Of a stretch of DNA of 64,000 bases, positions 1 through 10,964 are shown one piece after another. Source of the DNA: Antedon mediterranea (taxonomy: Eukaryota > Animalia > Echinodermata); assembly GCF_964355755.1 (NCBI RefSeq), contig NC_092678.1:12708352-12772351 (forward strand), written 5' to 3'. Position 1 is the stretch's first letter, and the number at the start of each line of letters is the position of its first letter. The position numbers and the translations under genes were made by a program. The notes under the pieces were generated by a model. The model searched no databases, was not told the DNA's origin, and saw only the letters and a program-made list of their open reading frames with translations.

Positions 1-3000
1 CTTCCAACCTAATAAAGGCATTCAAGCGTAAGAAGAATCTTCTTAATATAATAATAATGTTCAATTTATATAGAGCAAAATACAGGGCGCCTCTAATTGC
101 TGAAAAATCAACAGAAAATGTTATAAAAGAGCAAAGGCTTAATAATGAAAAGGCAAAATATAACGGTGAAATTTGAGGAGTTGTTTAAATGTGGCGAGCG
201 GCTGTCCTGATTCAGTTTGAGAAGAACAACAGCTGAACAGGAACAGGTGCGTTGTCGATAATATTTTGTTGAAGGCTGTGTAGGTATAGGCCTGAGTAAA
301 ACCTCTGATGATGACCTCAGTGTCCGTTTTGGCTTGTATGAAGAAATTGGAAGTAAAATCAATTGACTCCTTCACAATTAAAGCACCATATTCCAAGTAA
401 TGATATTGTTTAAAATGCTTATTATTGCAGAGGTGGTCAAACCATCAGAGTGACCGGAACAAATTTCCAATATGTACAGAAAGCAATGATGTTGTTAAAT
501 AGCAAATCAGCTGAAAATGTAAGCTTTAGATACAGGATTTACATTTCTAATTTAATAAATTTCAACAGAAAGAGAGGTTTTCATTCAATGTCAACAATGT
601 TTACATCCATATCATTCATCCATATGAATATATCTATAATCCATATCCATCTCAACTCAAGGATGTAGATCCAACGCAAGCGAGTTGACCAATGAAAAGT
701 AACAGTTGGAATAATTAATTGCTTCTGATTGGTCAAATCACTTATGTTACATGCGTCCCTGTGCATCTCTAGTAGGAACCAAGCATAGTCCCTTCTCTGA
801 TGTAAATGTACTCAATACTCAGTACATTAAATCATCTGCAAAAGCATCTGATTATCAAGTATAGTTAGATGTCAAGTAGATAATTTTAAGATCGCTGATT
901 TTCTCTTTTCTACACAAAATAGACCTATTGTGTATTTATTTTGGTTATAATTGTTACTAAACAAAGTAGATTTTTTTTTCAGATTTAAGCAAAGCATATG
1001 ACTTTAAGAACATTAATTATTTATTTTTAAAATTCCTTGTAAATTGTTCTTTAATGTACATACTAAATAAAGAAATTGTGTGGTGTTTTTTCAGAACTGT
1101 ATAACTCTGTCAAATGAGGAGATGGATTGTGAAAGTCCACCAGCAGATCTCTCCACATCAGGTCATCGTAGCAGACGACAGGCAGACCAGACAGTTTTAC
1201 CTTTGACCTTTTCATTTGATGGTTTCATTCCTGCATTGAGGGGTGATTTTGGATTCTCAGTTTACCCTAGTCCAATATATTATCCCTTTGATAATATGTC
1301 TTTTTATGGAGAGACTGTAGTAGATGGAATATACAGATTTGACAAACATATTGATGAATTTATGAAGTTGATGGTAAATATCTAGTTTTATTTCTTCAGC
1401 AGTGTATTGCGTAAAAGCATTGAATCAACTCGACTTAACACAATAGAAGGATGTAATTGAAACGCAAGTCATTTGACTATTATAATGCATCAGTCGTCTA
1501 ATGAATAGTCAAGTTACTTGTGTTGTGCTTACATCATGCGATGCGTGCTAGGGGCAACCAAGTTACGTGTGTTGTGCTTACATCATGCGATGCGTGCTAG
1601 TGGCAACCAAGTTACTTGTGTTGTGCTTACATTATGCGATGCGTGCTAGTGGAAACCAAGTTACTTGTGTTGTGCTTACATCATGCAATGCGTGCTAGTG
1701 GAAACCAATTAGTTACTTGTGTTGTGCTTACATCATGCAATGCGTGCTAGTTGCAACCAAGTTACTTGTGTTGTGCTTACATCATGCGATGCGTGCTAGT
1801 GGCAACCAAGTTACTTGTGTTGTGCTTACATCATGCGATGCGTGCTAGTGGCAACCTAACTATAGTTTCTACTGCTGCACAAAATATTTACACAAATCTC
1901 AGAATTGTTATAATTGAATTTAGTTCTATTATAGTTGGTTTTTGTAAAGTGTATTATTGAGCTACATTTATTTTGTTATAAAAGAACTTTTCAAATCCTT
2001 ATTGAATCAGTAATTTACTGATTGTGATTAGTTATTATTAATTTAACAAATGCTTTTGTACATTAGGGTTCTGACATCAACCTTGCTAGTGATGTTGAGG
2101 ATGTTGAAGTCTTCATAGGAAGTGTTAAATGCACTGTAAATTCAATAACACGTACAGTAGTTCTTGTTGAGATACCAGACAAGGAACCTAATCCAGTAGA
2201 TGGTGAAGATCATCCTATTGTTATGGTAGGTCGTGAGCTCACTAGATAATACTTTTAATATTATATATAATATTTTTATCATTTTCAATAGTCTGTAACC
2301 AATAATGTCAAAATCACAAATTTTTTGTAAACGAACTCAGCAATATTGTAATATTAATTAATTTATTTTATTTTTAAGATGGACTACGTTATTTATGTTG
2401 TTCTGTTTTAATTGCTGTTTAGACTTAGGCTGAACAAGTAAAACAACGTGTAGAACTTAGAGACAAAAAGTGTTTGTCAAGATCCTAATTTTACAAAATT
2501 CTACTTAAACATTTTTGAATATATTCATTCTAACATTATTACTACTAGATTGTTTTTAACAAAAAAATGTACTACAGAATGTAACCAATGTTAGTGTTTT
2601 AATATTGATTGTCTCCAAATAACTTTAGATCCGTCATGGAAATCTAAAGTTCACTTTCGGTGCAATAAGATATGTAGGCATTGGATTGTCTACCACCGTC
2701 ATAATTATTATAATTACGGTTGTTGTGATTGTGGTTATCACCATTACAATCATACCTGTCTACTGGCGTAGATCAAGAATACTCGACAGACAATTGGAAG
2801 AAACAACAGTGAGATTTTTTACAAAAAGTAAGCTAAAAGGCATTATAGATAAACTCAAACTATTGATATCATAAGGGGCTTGAAAAGTAAAAGCTAAATT
2901 TGGATATATGAGTGATGTAAAATATAACTGATTATTTCTACAAAAATGTCCCATAAACTAAGAGTAGTGATTTACTTTTTGAAATTAGACGCATTTTGAA

Positions 3001-6000
3001 TTACTATCGCAAGTCTTCTAGAAACGAGTTTTAACAAGTTTTTGTAATAAAACAAGATAATTAGAGTGCCTATAGGAATACGCTACTGGAAAACTAATAT
3101 GCACAATTAATCCAAATGTTTTGCAATTTGTAGCGCCGAGTTTAGGGTTTATGTACTGTATATAGATGATGAGGATAGCATACCGGCATTATAATGAAAC
3201 AATCGATTACACATAAAGCTACATTCAGTATATACGAAAGTCAATAACTACAATCTAAGTAATTGTTAATAAATTAATTCATATTTAGAAGAAGAAAAAG
3301 AAAAGGAGTTTCTAGGAATAGATGACGATGATTCAGAAGTAAGGTATATGGGCATAGTACATGACAGCATAATAGCAAGGGAATTTAGTCAGAGTAAAGA
3401 GCATTATGTACAATGTATGCTGTTTCTTGGATGTGAGATGACTCCAGTAATGCAAGAAAGTGGATATGTAAGATATTGCTACTTGCTTGTGATTACACAA
3501 CGTTACAAAACATTCAATTAACGCGGGGTGTTACCTCAATGATTAATTGTATTTTGTAAGGATTTTGCAGTATTTACACCATGTCATCCGAAAGGAAGAA
3601 AGGAAGTAGGCAAATTGTTTACAATTAAAAATTCTCAACTTTACATAATCTTTTTTTAGAAAATTATAGTTTTACATTTATTTACAAATACGTAAGAGAA
3701 TACGATATAATATTATAATATTATTACTTTTCATATGTTATGTGGTATTTTTTTATTATTTTATAGACTGAACTGTTGGAAGATCATCGAGGTTTACCTG
3801 AACTGGATTTGTTTTTGGACGAGAAGTTTCTAATGAAAATAATTAACATTTTAGACAATGACTCATCGTTTACATCTGTACAAAGGTATATTAAAAAAAT
3901 TGTAATGATTTTAGATTTAGATTTAGATAATAAGTCTATGGTTATGATACAATATCGGTACAAACGGTGCAAGGAAGCTGCAATCAGTGCCACTTTTAAG
4001 TTACAATGGTTCACGTCTAACTTTGTCTATTATATGGTTCTGGTGGCAGAACACGTAAGAAAAACCGCTACAGTCTATTGGTTACTATATAATACTATAA
4101 TTACGCCTACAATTAATACAAACTTTTATCTGTTTTACTTTAGGCAAAACTTTTCCGCTTTGTTCTTAATGGCTATGGTTGGTGATGATAAAACAGAATA
4201 TCTATTTCAGTGAGTAATACTCAGTATATACCTTATTAATTTACAATTCTTGTGTATTACGTATGCAAGAATGAACGCTAGAATTGGCAGCACTGACTGA
4301 CTTAAGTGACAAGATGTAGTTGGAAAGTAAATTATCTAAGTCCACAGTAGCAATGATCGTTATACAATTTAAGTTATTATTAAGTAATTCTATGGTTACG
4401 CTTAACTCTAATATGTTGTGTGATTAAATATTTTTAGTATTATGGATATGCTTCTAAGCAAACATATTGCTAACAAAGTGAAGGCCAAAAATGTCAAGTT
4501 AGCTTTAAGCAAGTGGGTACAGTTATTTTGTGTTTTTAATAATTAATTATTAAAACCTAATTTGCAAACGTGTGTTTATCAAGTTATGACATATTACTTT
4601 AGTGACTGTGAATGTGAAATATACTTCAATATGTACTTATATACTTTTTATATACTTCATATACTTTTTATCTATTGCTATATTAATCAAATGTAATATA
4701 GCAATTACCTTCAATTACAGAAACGGCGAAACTGTTATCGAACATATGATATCTCACGTGATGGCATTATGCATGTATAAATACACAATGGTATGTAAAT
4801 TATTTTATAAATTAATAATTATATCTACATTATTCTACTAAATATTAGTAAGTAATACGATGTGATTTGGTTTACGTAATGTAAAATTAGCTTTGTTTAT
4901 GTTAGTTTAATAATAAAAGATTTTCTTTCTAAACAATAGAAGTCTCTTTTTTATTTGTAACAAATTTGACTCTTGTATAAGTTACCTTGATTAGTTAGGA
5001 ATATCAAATAAAGTCCATCAATCATCAATTAATCAATCAATCAAATAAGATCAGATCTAAAATAACGTACTGTATATAAATATATTATGTGTGTTGTATA
5101 CTACTTTCACTTCAATTTTGCAGAAGTATGTATCAGGGCCTCTTTTGCAACTTGTAGATGCTATAACTACGAGAATAGATAGTGGTGCGGTAGACGCTGT
5201 TCATCATCATTGTCAATATTCTTTAGACGAGAACTGCCTTCTGCCAATTGATGTCACTGGAGAGAATATAGTAAGATATCTGTATATGTTTTGGAAACAT
5301 TTGAGTATATAACATATAACACTGAAGCATAATACTACTTGCAAACAATTATTTTAATACATTTTTAGAGCCCATGACAAGTAAATGTGTTTATAATAAA
5401 AATGTTTAAGAAGGTCAGATAATCCCGCAAATATTTAATTATTAGCCAATCCGATAAATACTGAATTTCCACACAAATTCAATGGCATTTTTTTTTTAAT
5501 TTAGAATTTGAGTTTGGTAGTTGATGAGGAAAAACAAGAGATTGTGAAAGTAAACAGTTGTGATACGCTATTTCAAGTAAAACAAAAACTGTTAAATGTT
5601 ATGTTTAAGGAACAACCTTTTTCAAAAAGACCCAACGTTTCACACGTTCAGTTAGGTGAGTACACCAACAAACAGGCAATTTAATTGTATCTTGCTCCTT
5701 TATTCTGTAGATTTCAATTAAATACATAATATTTTTTTAAAATCTAGAATGGAGAGTGAATGTAGATCAACGACTTATTTTACAAGATACCGATTTGCAG
5801 ACAGAAAGAAAACTAAAAACAATTGCAGATTTTGGAGTAATATTACTGTAGTATTTTTTGTTTTGTAATATAAATTAACTGTTAGAAAAATGTATTAAAC
5901 CTATAATAGGCTTACTAGACATAGGCTGTGTACAGGCCGGACGTCAGTGTACACAAGCTGAACATGACGCATGTACCTTAATTGATTAAAAAAAATACTT

Positions 6001-9000
6001 TTCTACACCAACACGTTAGCAAACAAATAAATCAATCACTACTCGGATCGTAAATTTGAAGAATTATTTTTTTTCAGATTCAAAATAAAGCAGTGGTAGC
6101 GTTTGTAGACGTTTGGAAGGAAGATATCAACGCGTCAGACCATTATGATACAATTAAGCAACCAATAGTTGCTAGACATGGTAATAATAATAATATGTAT
6201 TGGTATACATACTACATTCCAACCTTACCAGTATCTAAAGTCACGGCCATTTATACTAAATATTTCTTATTGGTATTATGTTATATTTCGGCACACATTA
6301 ACAAACAACATCAAACAGCTTTATTGCGACAATGAGTGGCAGAATAGACCAAGTTATTTGTTGTTGTTGTTTGTGCTATTGTTATTATTGTCTATGATCT
6401 AACTTTACTTTTTAAGAAACTAACATCTACCAAACATCAATCAATGCAGATGGCACTTTCCACATTGTGAGTGTTTTTAGTTCAAATATTTTTACAGTCA
6501 TTTGATATCAACAAATCTTATTGCTTATTGGACATCTAATAATTAACTGTGAACTAAATATGCAGGAAAGTAGCTTTACGATAGTTGATAATCTGGCGTT
6601 ACACCAGTTACTGTTGGTCGTTTAGACGTTCTAGTTTAAAAAATATTTTGGCATACATTGCTTGTCATAACTAAACCAAAATCACCGCTCGTGGCGATAC
6701 GTAAAAAGAAACAATAACTAGAGACTTGACAAGTGTAGTCGGTCAGTTTTGATTTTGAAATGTAATTTGTTTGAATGTTTAGTTGGAAGGAAATGTGTAC
6801 ACGGGTGCGTATGATGCAATGGACGGCGAGAAGCCAGATATTGATGAATCCATCTTTGAAAGGTTAACTGAAACTAAGGTAGGAATAAATAAAAACAACA
6901 TTTTTTATTTTAACTATTTTTAAACAGTTGGGTTTTAATAGGAGGCAACTTGACATGCATATGAGACGAATCACCCTAAATGTATCTTGTTATTGGTCAA
7001 ACTTGTGTTGACCGTCTGGATACTGGGAACTTGTTTCACTCACTTTTATTGTTGTTCTGCATATATCGAACATCATTGGTTTGGTTTGATGAATCATGTT
7101 TTTCCTTAATATTTTACAGTAATAAGTATATTAATATCTCACATGTCCACAGCAAATGTACCAGCAGCATGTTGACTCCATAATGAATAATGTGTTTAGC
7201 TCATCATCGAACATCCACCTACCATTATTTGTTAAATATCTTTTTGAATTTCTGGATAACATGGCGACTAAGTATGGTGTTAGTATCAATGAATTGAAGA
7301 TATGGAAGAACAACAGGTATGGAAATTGCAAAAGAATTGTTAGATAATGAGGTTTTACTTAAAGCTCACGACGGTGTATCTACGATTTACATCGAAGAAT
7401 TAGCTCCCAATTATTTAATTATTTAATATTAAGAGAAACAAGGTAAAGAAATTTAAATTATAATTATTTAAAATTCAAATTAAAAATGTAATCATTTATT
7501 TTTATATAGGCCTATGAGCGTTTATTTCTTCATTTATAATGAGCATTTTTTTTAATGATTTTTCCTTACAATTTCCATATCATCTTGTATTTCTTCCATT
7601 GTCCATACAATATAATCAAAATAGCAAGAGAAACCAGAAATGGACTAGATCCATAATCATATTTGTATCCTTTTTTAGTTTAGCTGAGATGTTTTGGTTA
7701 AGAATTCTGAGAAACCCTGCTTATGTCTGTGACATTCACCAAACGCCCCCTATTGATATCACTCTCGGTGTCATCTCTACTGTTTTTCGAGAATCTTGGT
7801 CAATTGAGCTGTTTGGTTTTAAAAAGGTAAGCAAAAACAATGCATTTATTTATTTATTTATCGTATGTCCGGCTAATTTAATGTGTTATTTCCTGTCATC
7901 GACAACATCTGACCGTACCCTACTTCTAAACGTTACCGGTAATGAATCAGTCTTACTACTTTTGTTTATGTTGAGAATCATTTGTTCATATTATTCTTTT
8001 AGTTATATATTTGCACGATTTTGTTGAAATTAAGAACTAAACCTAATATACCGTAAACGAACAGTTTGTCTAAATCTGGCATAATTTTTATCGCGAATAA
8101 ACTTTGTTTTGATTATTTATATTCCAAACCGTCATCTGCAAATCGCTTCACAGCTCATCAATGTAGATCACCCTACGGTTTTAATATTATGATTAATATT
8201 TATATCTTTATACATATTGAATGATGCAAGCATTCACAAGCTACTTATGTTTTAATAGCTACATGACTATTTTGTAATATTTCATCAGTCATTTAATATG
8301 AAACGCCTATTTTTGGTTAAAGTCAGGTCAAAATGTGTTCTTTAGTGCTTGTCTAACTTTCAATTTTTTATTTCAAAGAATTCGCCAAGTCATCGACAGA
8401 TGTATGTAAAAGAGATTCCAAGATACCGCCAACTTGTTACTAAGTTCTATAGTGACGTCAAGCATACTCCATCTTGTGATCGCATGAACGTTATTGATGA
8501 AGTAAATTCTCTTATACAGGTATGTACAAAGACTATCAATATTGCTATTTCTCAAAGAAACTAATAGGCATAGGTCAAGGCATAGGCATATGTCAACAAA
8601 TACAAACATAGACAGAAATACGGTAACATGATATACTAATACTAATGTTTTTTATTCTCAGCCATTTAGCACATTGTTTAAGAAGTCGAGTGTGTTAGTG
8701 AATCTTCATTCATTTACGGACAAATATTTAAGAGAGGTAAATATAAATAATTATATACAGATATTTTGATAGTGTACCAGCAGAAAGAGATTTACTGATC
8801 TATACACGTCGGCTTTACTATACTGTACTAATTAGTTGAACTAGTAGTGAACTAGACAACTAGAGTACTAAACTCAAAACTCTTTCATATATTAAAATAA
8901 AAAAAGTCTTTCCACTTTAGTATCCGATTTACATACCAAATAAAAATACATAATTATTACATGTATCTTAGTAAAACAATGTGCATTTCAACATCATTGT

Positions 9001-9267
9001 GTGTCTAACATAATGTCATTTGAGTAAACGGTGTTAATATTTTAATATTTTATTAAATATCAGGTTAAAGACGCATTCCTGAAGGGTCCAAATAGAAATG
9101 AAACTAGTGTTGAAATTTTTACAACACAAGTAAGTAAGCCTTCGTCGTCGAAGGAACAAGTAGCGTATGTCAACTCAGAAATCCAGCAAAGTCGTCGACA
9201 CAATCAGAAAAGAAGAGAGGACACAGGTGTGATCATACTTTCTGATGACACAAACGCTGGCTGCTAA
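1..9267 (+). CDS. Plexin-like receptor, copy A (3' part: IPT/TIG domains, TM, split RasGAP-like domain with RBD); 5' end lies upstream of the window
   Basis: GT-AG exons with consistent phases: <1-27, 431-518, 1095-1373, 2067-2225, 2629-2827 (TM), 3289-3467, 3767-3885, 4144-4209, 4438-4512, 4721-4790, 5124-5270, 5505-5655, 5748-5836, 6078-6180, 6417-6466, 6783-6878, 7153-7316, 7679-7826, 8379-8519, 8662-8736, 9064-9267 (TAA 9265-9267). Plexin-like motifs: [12 protein letters not shown] (IPT), RIDSGAVDAV, VKVNSCDTLFQVKQK (RBD), VKYLFEFLD, WKNNS..FW..ILRNP, SPSHRQMYVKEIPRY. Confidence 0.88.
660..786. mobile_element. Degenerate MITE-like interspersed repeat
   Basis: Inverted core TGACCAAT...ATTGGTCA and terminus CTAGTAGGAACCAAGC. 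Related copies at ~30052-30170 (AAAGCTTGGTTTCCTCTAGAGACGCAA) and ~50305-50430. Confidence 0.4.
1510..1856. repeat. 49-bp minisatellite, ~7 copies (intron of plexin A)
   Basis: Unit CAAGTTACTTGTGTTGTGCTTACATCATGCGATGCGTGCTAGTGGCAAC. The same repeat occurs inverted at 49026-49561. Confidence 0.95.
2629..2827 (+). CDS. Transmembrane exon of plexin copy A
   Basis: Encodes ...LSTTVIIIIITVVVIVVITITIIPVYWRRSR...: hydrophobic span followed by basic stop-transfer residues. Donor A|GTAAGC at 2827/2828 gives phase 1, matching exon 3289. Confidence 0.8.
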
Positions 9268-10336
9268 TGGGAGGAAATAAGCTTTTGGTTATATTTGCAA
9301 ATACGTACGTTTGTCTGATTAACTATTGTAACTATAATTTAGTTCACTAAAGATTTATAGCTACTTAAATAGGCCTATTATAAGTACCAGTAGGCCTAGA
9401 GATAAAAACGTTCACTGACCATATAAGAAAATGTGTATAATAAGCTTTTGACCAATACTAATTAACATTAAAATACATTTCTTAAAAACTATAGTAAATA
9501 TAAATGGTATTGTATAAATAAATATATATTAGAATACGCAGAAATCCAGTTTCAATATGCATAATGTAATGTAATAAATTTATTTCTCTTAAATATTACC
9601 ATATATTAATAATAATTATATAAGTGCTTCTAATGTTTATAAAATGAAAGTTAGTGTATGTGTGTCATCCACACCTATGCGCAATTCAACTTAGTTAGGC
9701 TGCAAGACACATGTTATTCTCTCGCATTTACATTTACCGATGCACAAAATATTAGTTATCTCTGTAAATATTCTAACAATAAGTATTTTAAATTTGAGTA
9801 ATATTGATATTTTTTTGCGTGGCTATAAACATACTAGCATACTATTATTCATTTAATCACGTGACAACACATACATTGGATAATATAAGTAAAGATAATG
9901 ATCTAAAATTCTTTTGATGTTGAATATGCCATTTTCATGTTACATAATAGGTAGCCTATTCACTTTGACTAAAATTTGGATAAAAACTTATTACCTGAAA
10001 AAAAAAATTGTAGGCCTAATTTAAAGCAAAAAAAAATATCAAATTGGCTGCCAGCCAGGGGGTTTCGGTTAAATTTAACCGTTTAATTCGTCTCTTTATA
10101 AGTAGAATAATTTTGTTTGTTCGTAAGTGAATAACTTTATTAAAACTTTAAAATGGCCTATTCAAAGTCTGATTCCATGTTTTATGGAGTTAGGGTTAAT
10201 AAACAAGTTTTATTATCAATTTTCGAATCATAATATATTATAACCAAATATAAAATGAATGAAATGAATCAAAATATTACTGAAAAATACCTGCTACATA
10301 TCACAAATAGAAAGTGAAAAATATATTAATAATAGT

Positions 10337-10759
10337 TATCTCCATTGAGATCCAGCCACTGATACCCACAGCATTGTCATTTTTTTGAGTAATTTGCCTT
10401 TGGATTTATATATATTTTTTACTGTTTGTATCAATTTTGATCTGATTTTGCTGTAATTATGGAGGGTAATTTGAATAACTTTACCAAATTACGTCGCCTG
10501 TCCGAGAAACGTGTCAGATATTTCTTTTATTCCTGTCCACCCAGGCAGCACTTCCCAGCTTTATACTATGACGTTATCCACATTCCTTCACTTGCACTGA
10601 TGAAGGGCTAGTGTTGACCGAAAGCTCTGCTAACTTTTCTGGCTGTTTACTTTATCGTTTTGATTTAGCTTTTCGCTTTTTATTTTTGTATCTCCATTGA
10701 GATCCAGCCACTGATACCCACAGCATTGTCAATTTTTTTCAGTAATTTGCCTTTGGATT
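10337..10759 (+). mobile_element. Small non-autonomous retrozyme/Penelope-like element with terminal direct repeat
   Basis: ~70-bp direct repeat (TATCTCCATTGAGATCCAGCCACTGATACCCACAGCATTGTCA...AGTAATTTGCCTTTGGATT) at ~10337-10406 and ~10689-10759, giving a ~352-bp unit. Flanking duplication ATTAATAATAGTTAT at 10325-10339 and 10757-10771. Internal hammerhead motif. Confidence 0.75.
10592..10633 (+). ncRNA. Minimal type I hammerhead ribozyme (Penelope/retrozyme type)
   Basis: TTGCA-CTGATGA-A-GG(GCTAGTGTTGA)CC-GAAAGCTC-TGC(T)AA. Contains core CUGAUGA and GAAA, a short stem II, palindromic AGCT stem III, a UC cleavage site, and stem I GCA/TGC. Confidence 0.72.
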
Positions 10760-10964
10760 AATAATAGTTATTAGTAATAAATTATATTTTTGCGTATAAC
10801 AAGGTGATGCATTTCCAAAAATATGTTTTAGTGCTCAAAATGCAAATATTACTAAAAATACAGTAATAAAATTGTAAATATTGTTATATTTTAAAATACA
10901 ATAGGACAAATTCTTGTTTGCGTAATAATTTTGAAAGCTGAATAGAACTTCGAGTTGCTAGGTT

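Noticed and set aside
2809-2814. GTGAGA as the donor of the plexin A TM exon, implying a frameshift
   Set aside because: A stronger GTAAGC donor at 2828 restores the correct phase, so no lesion is needed.
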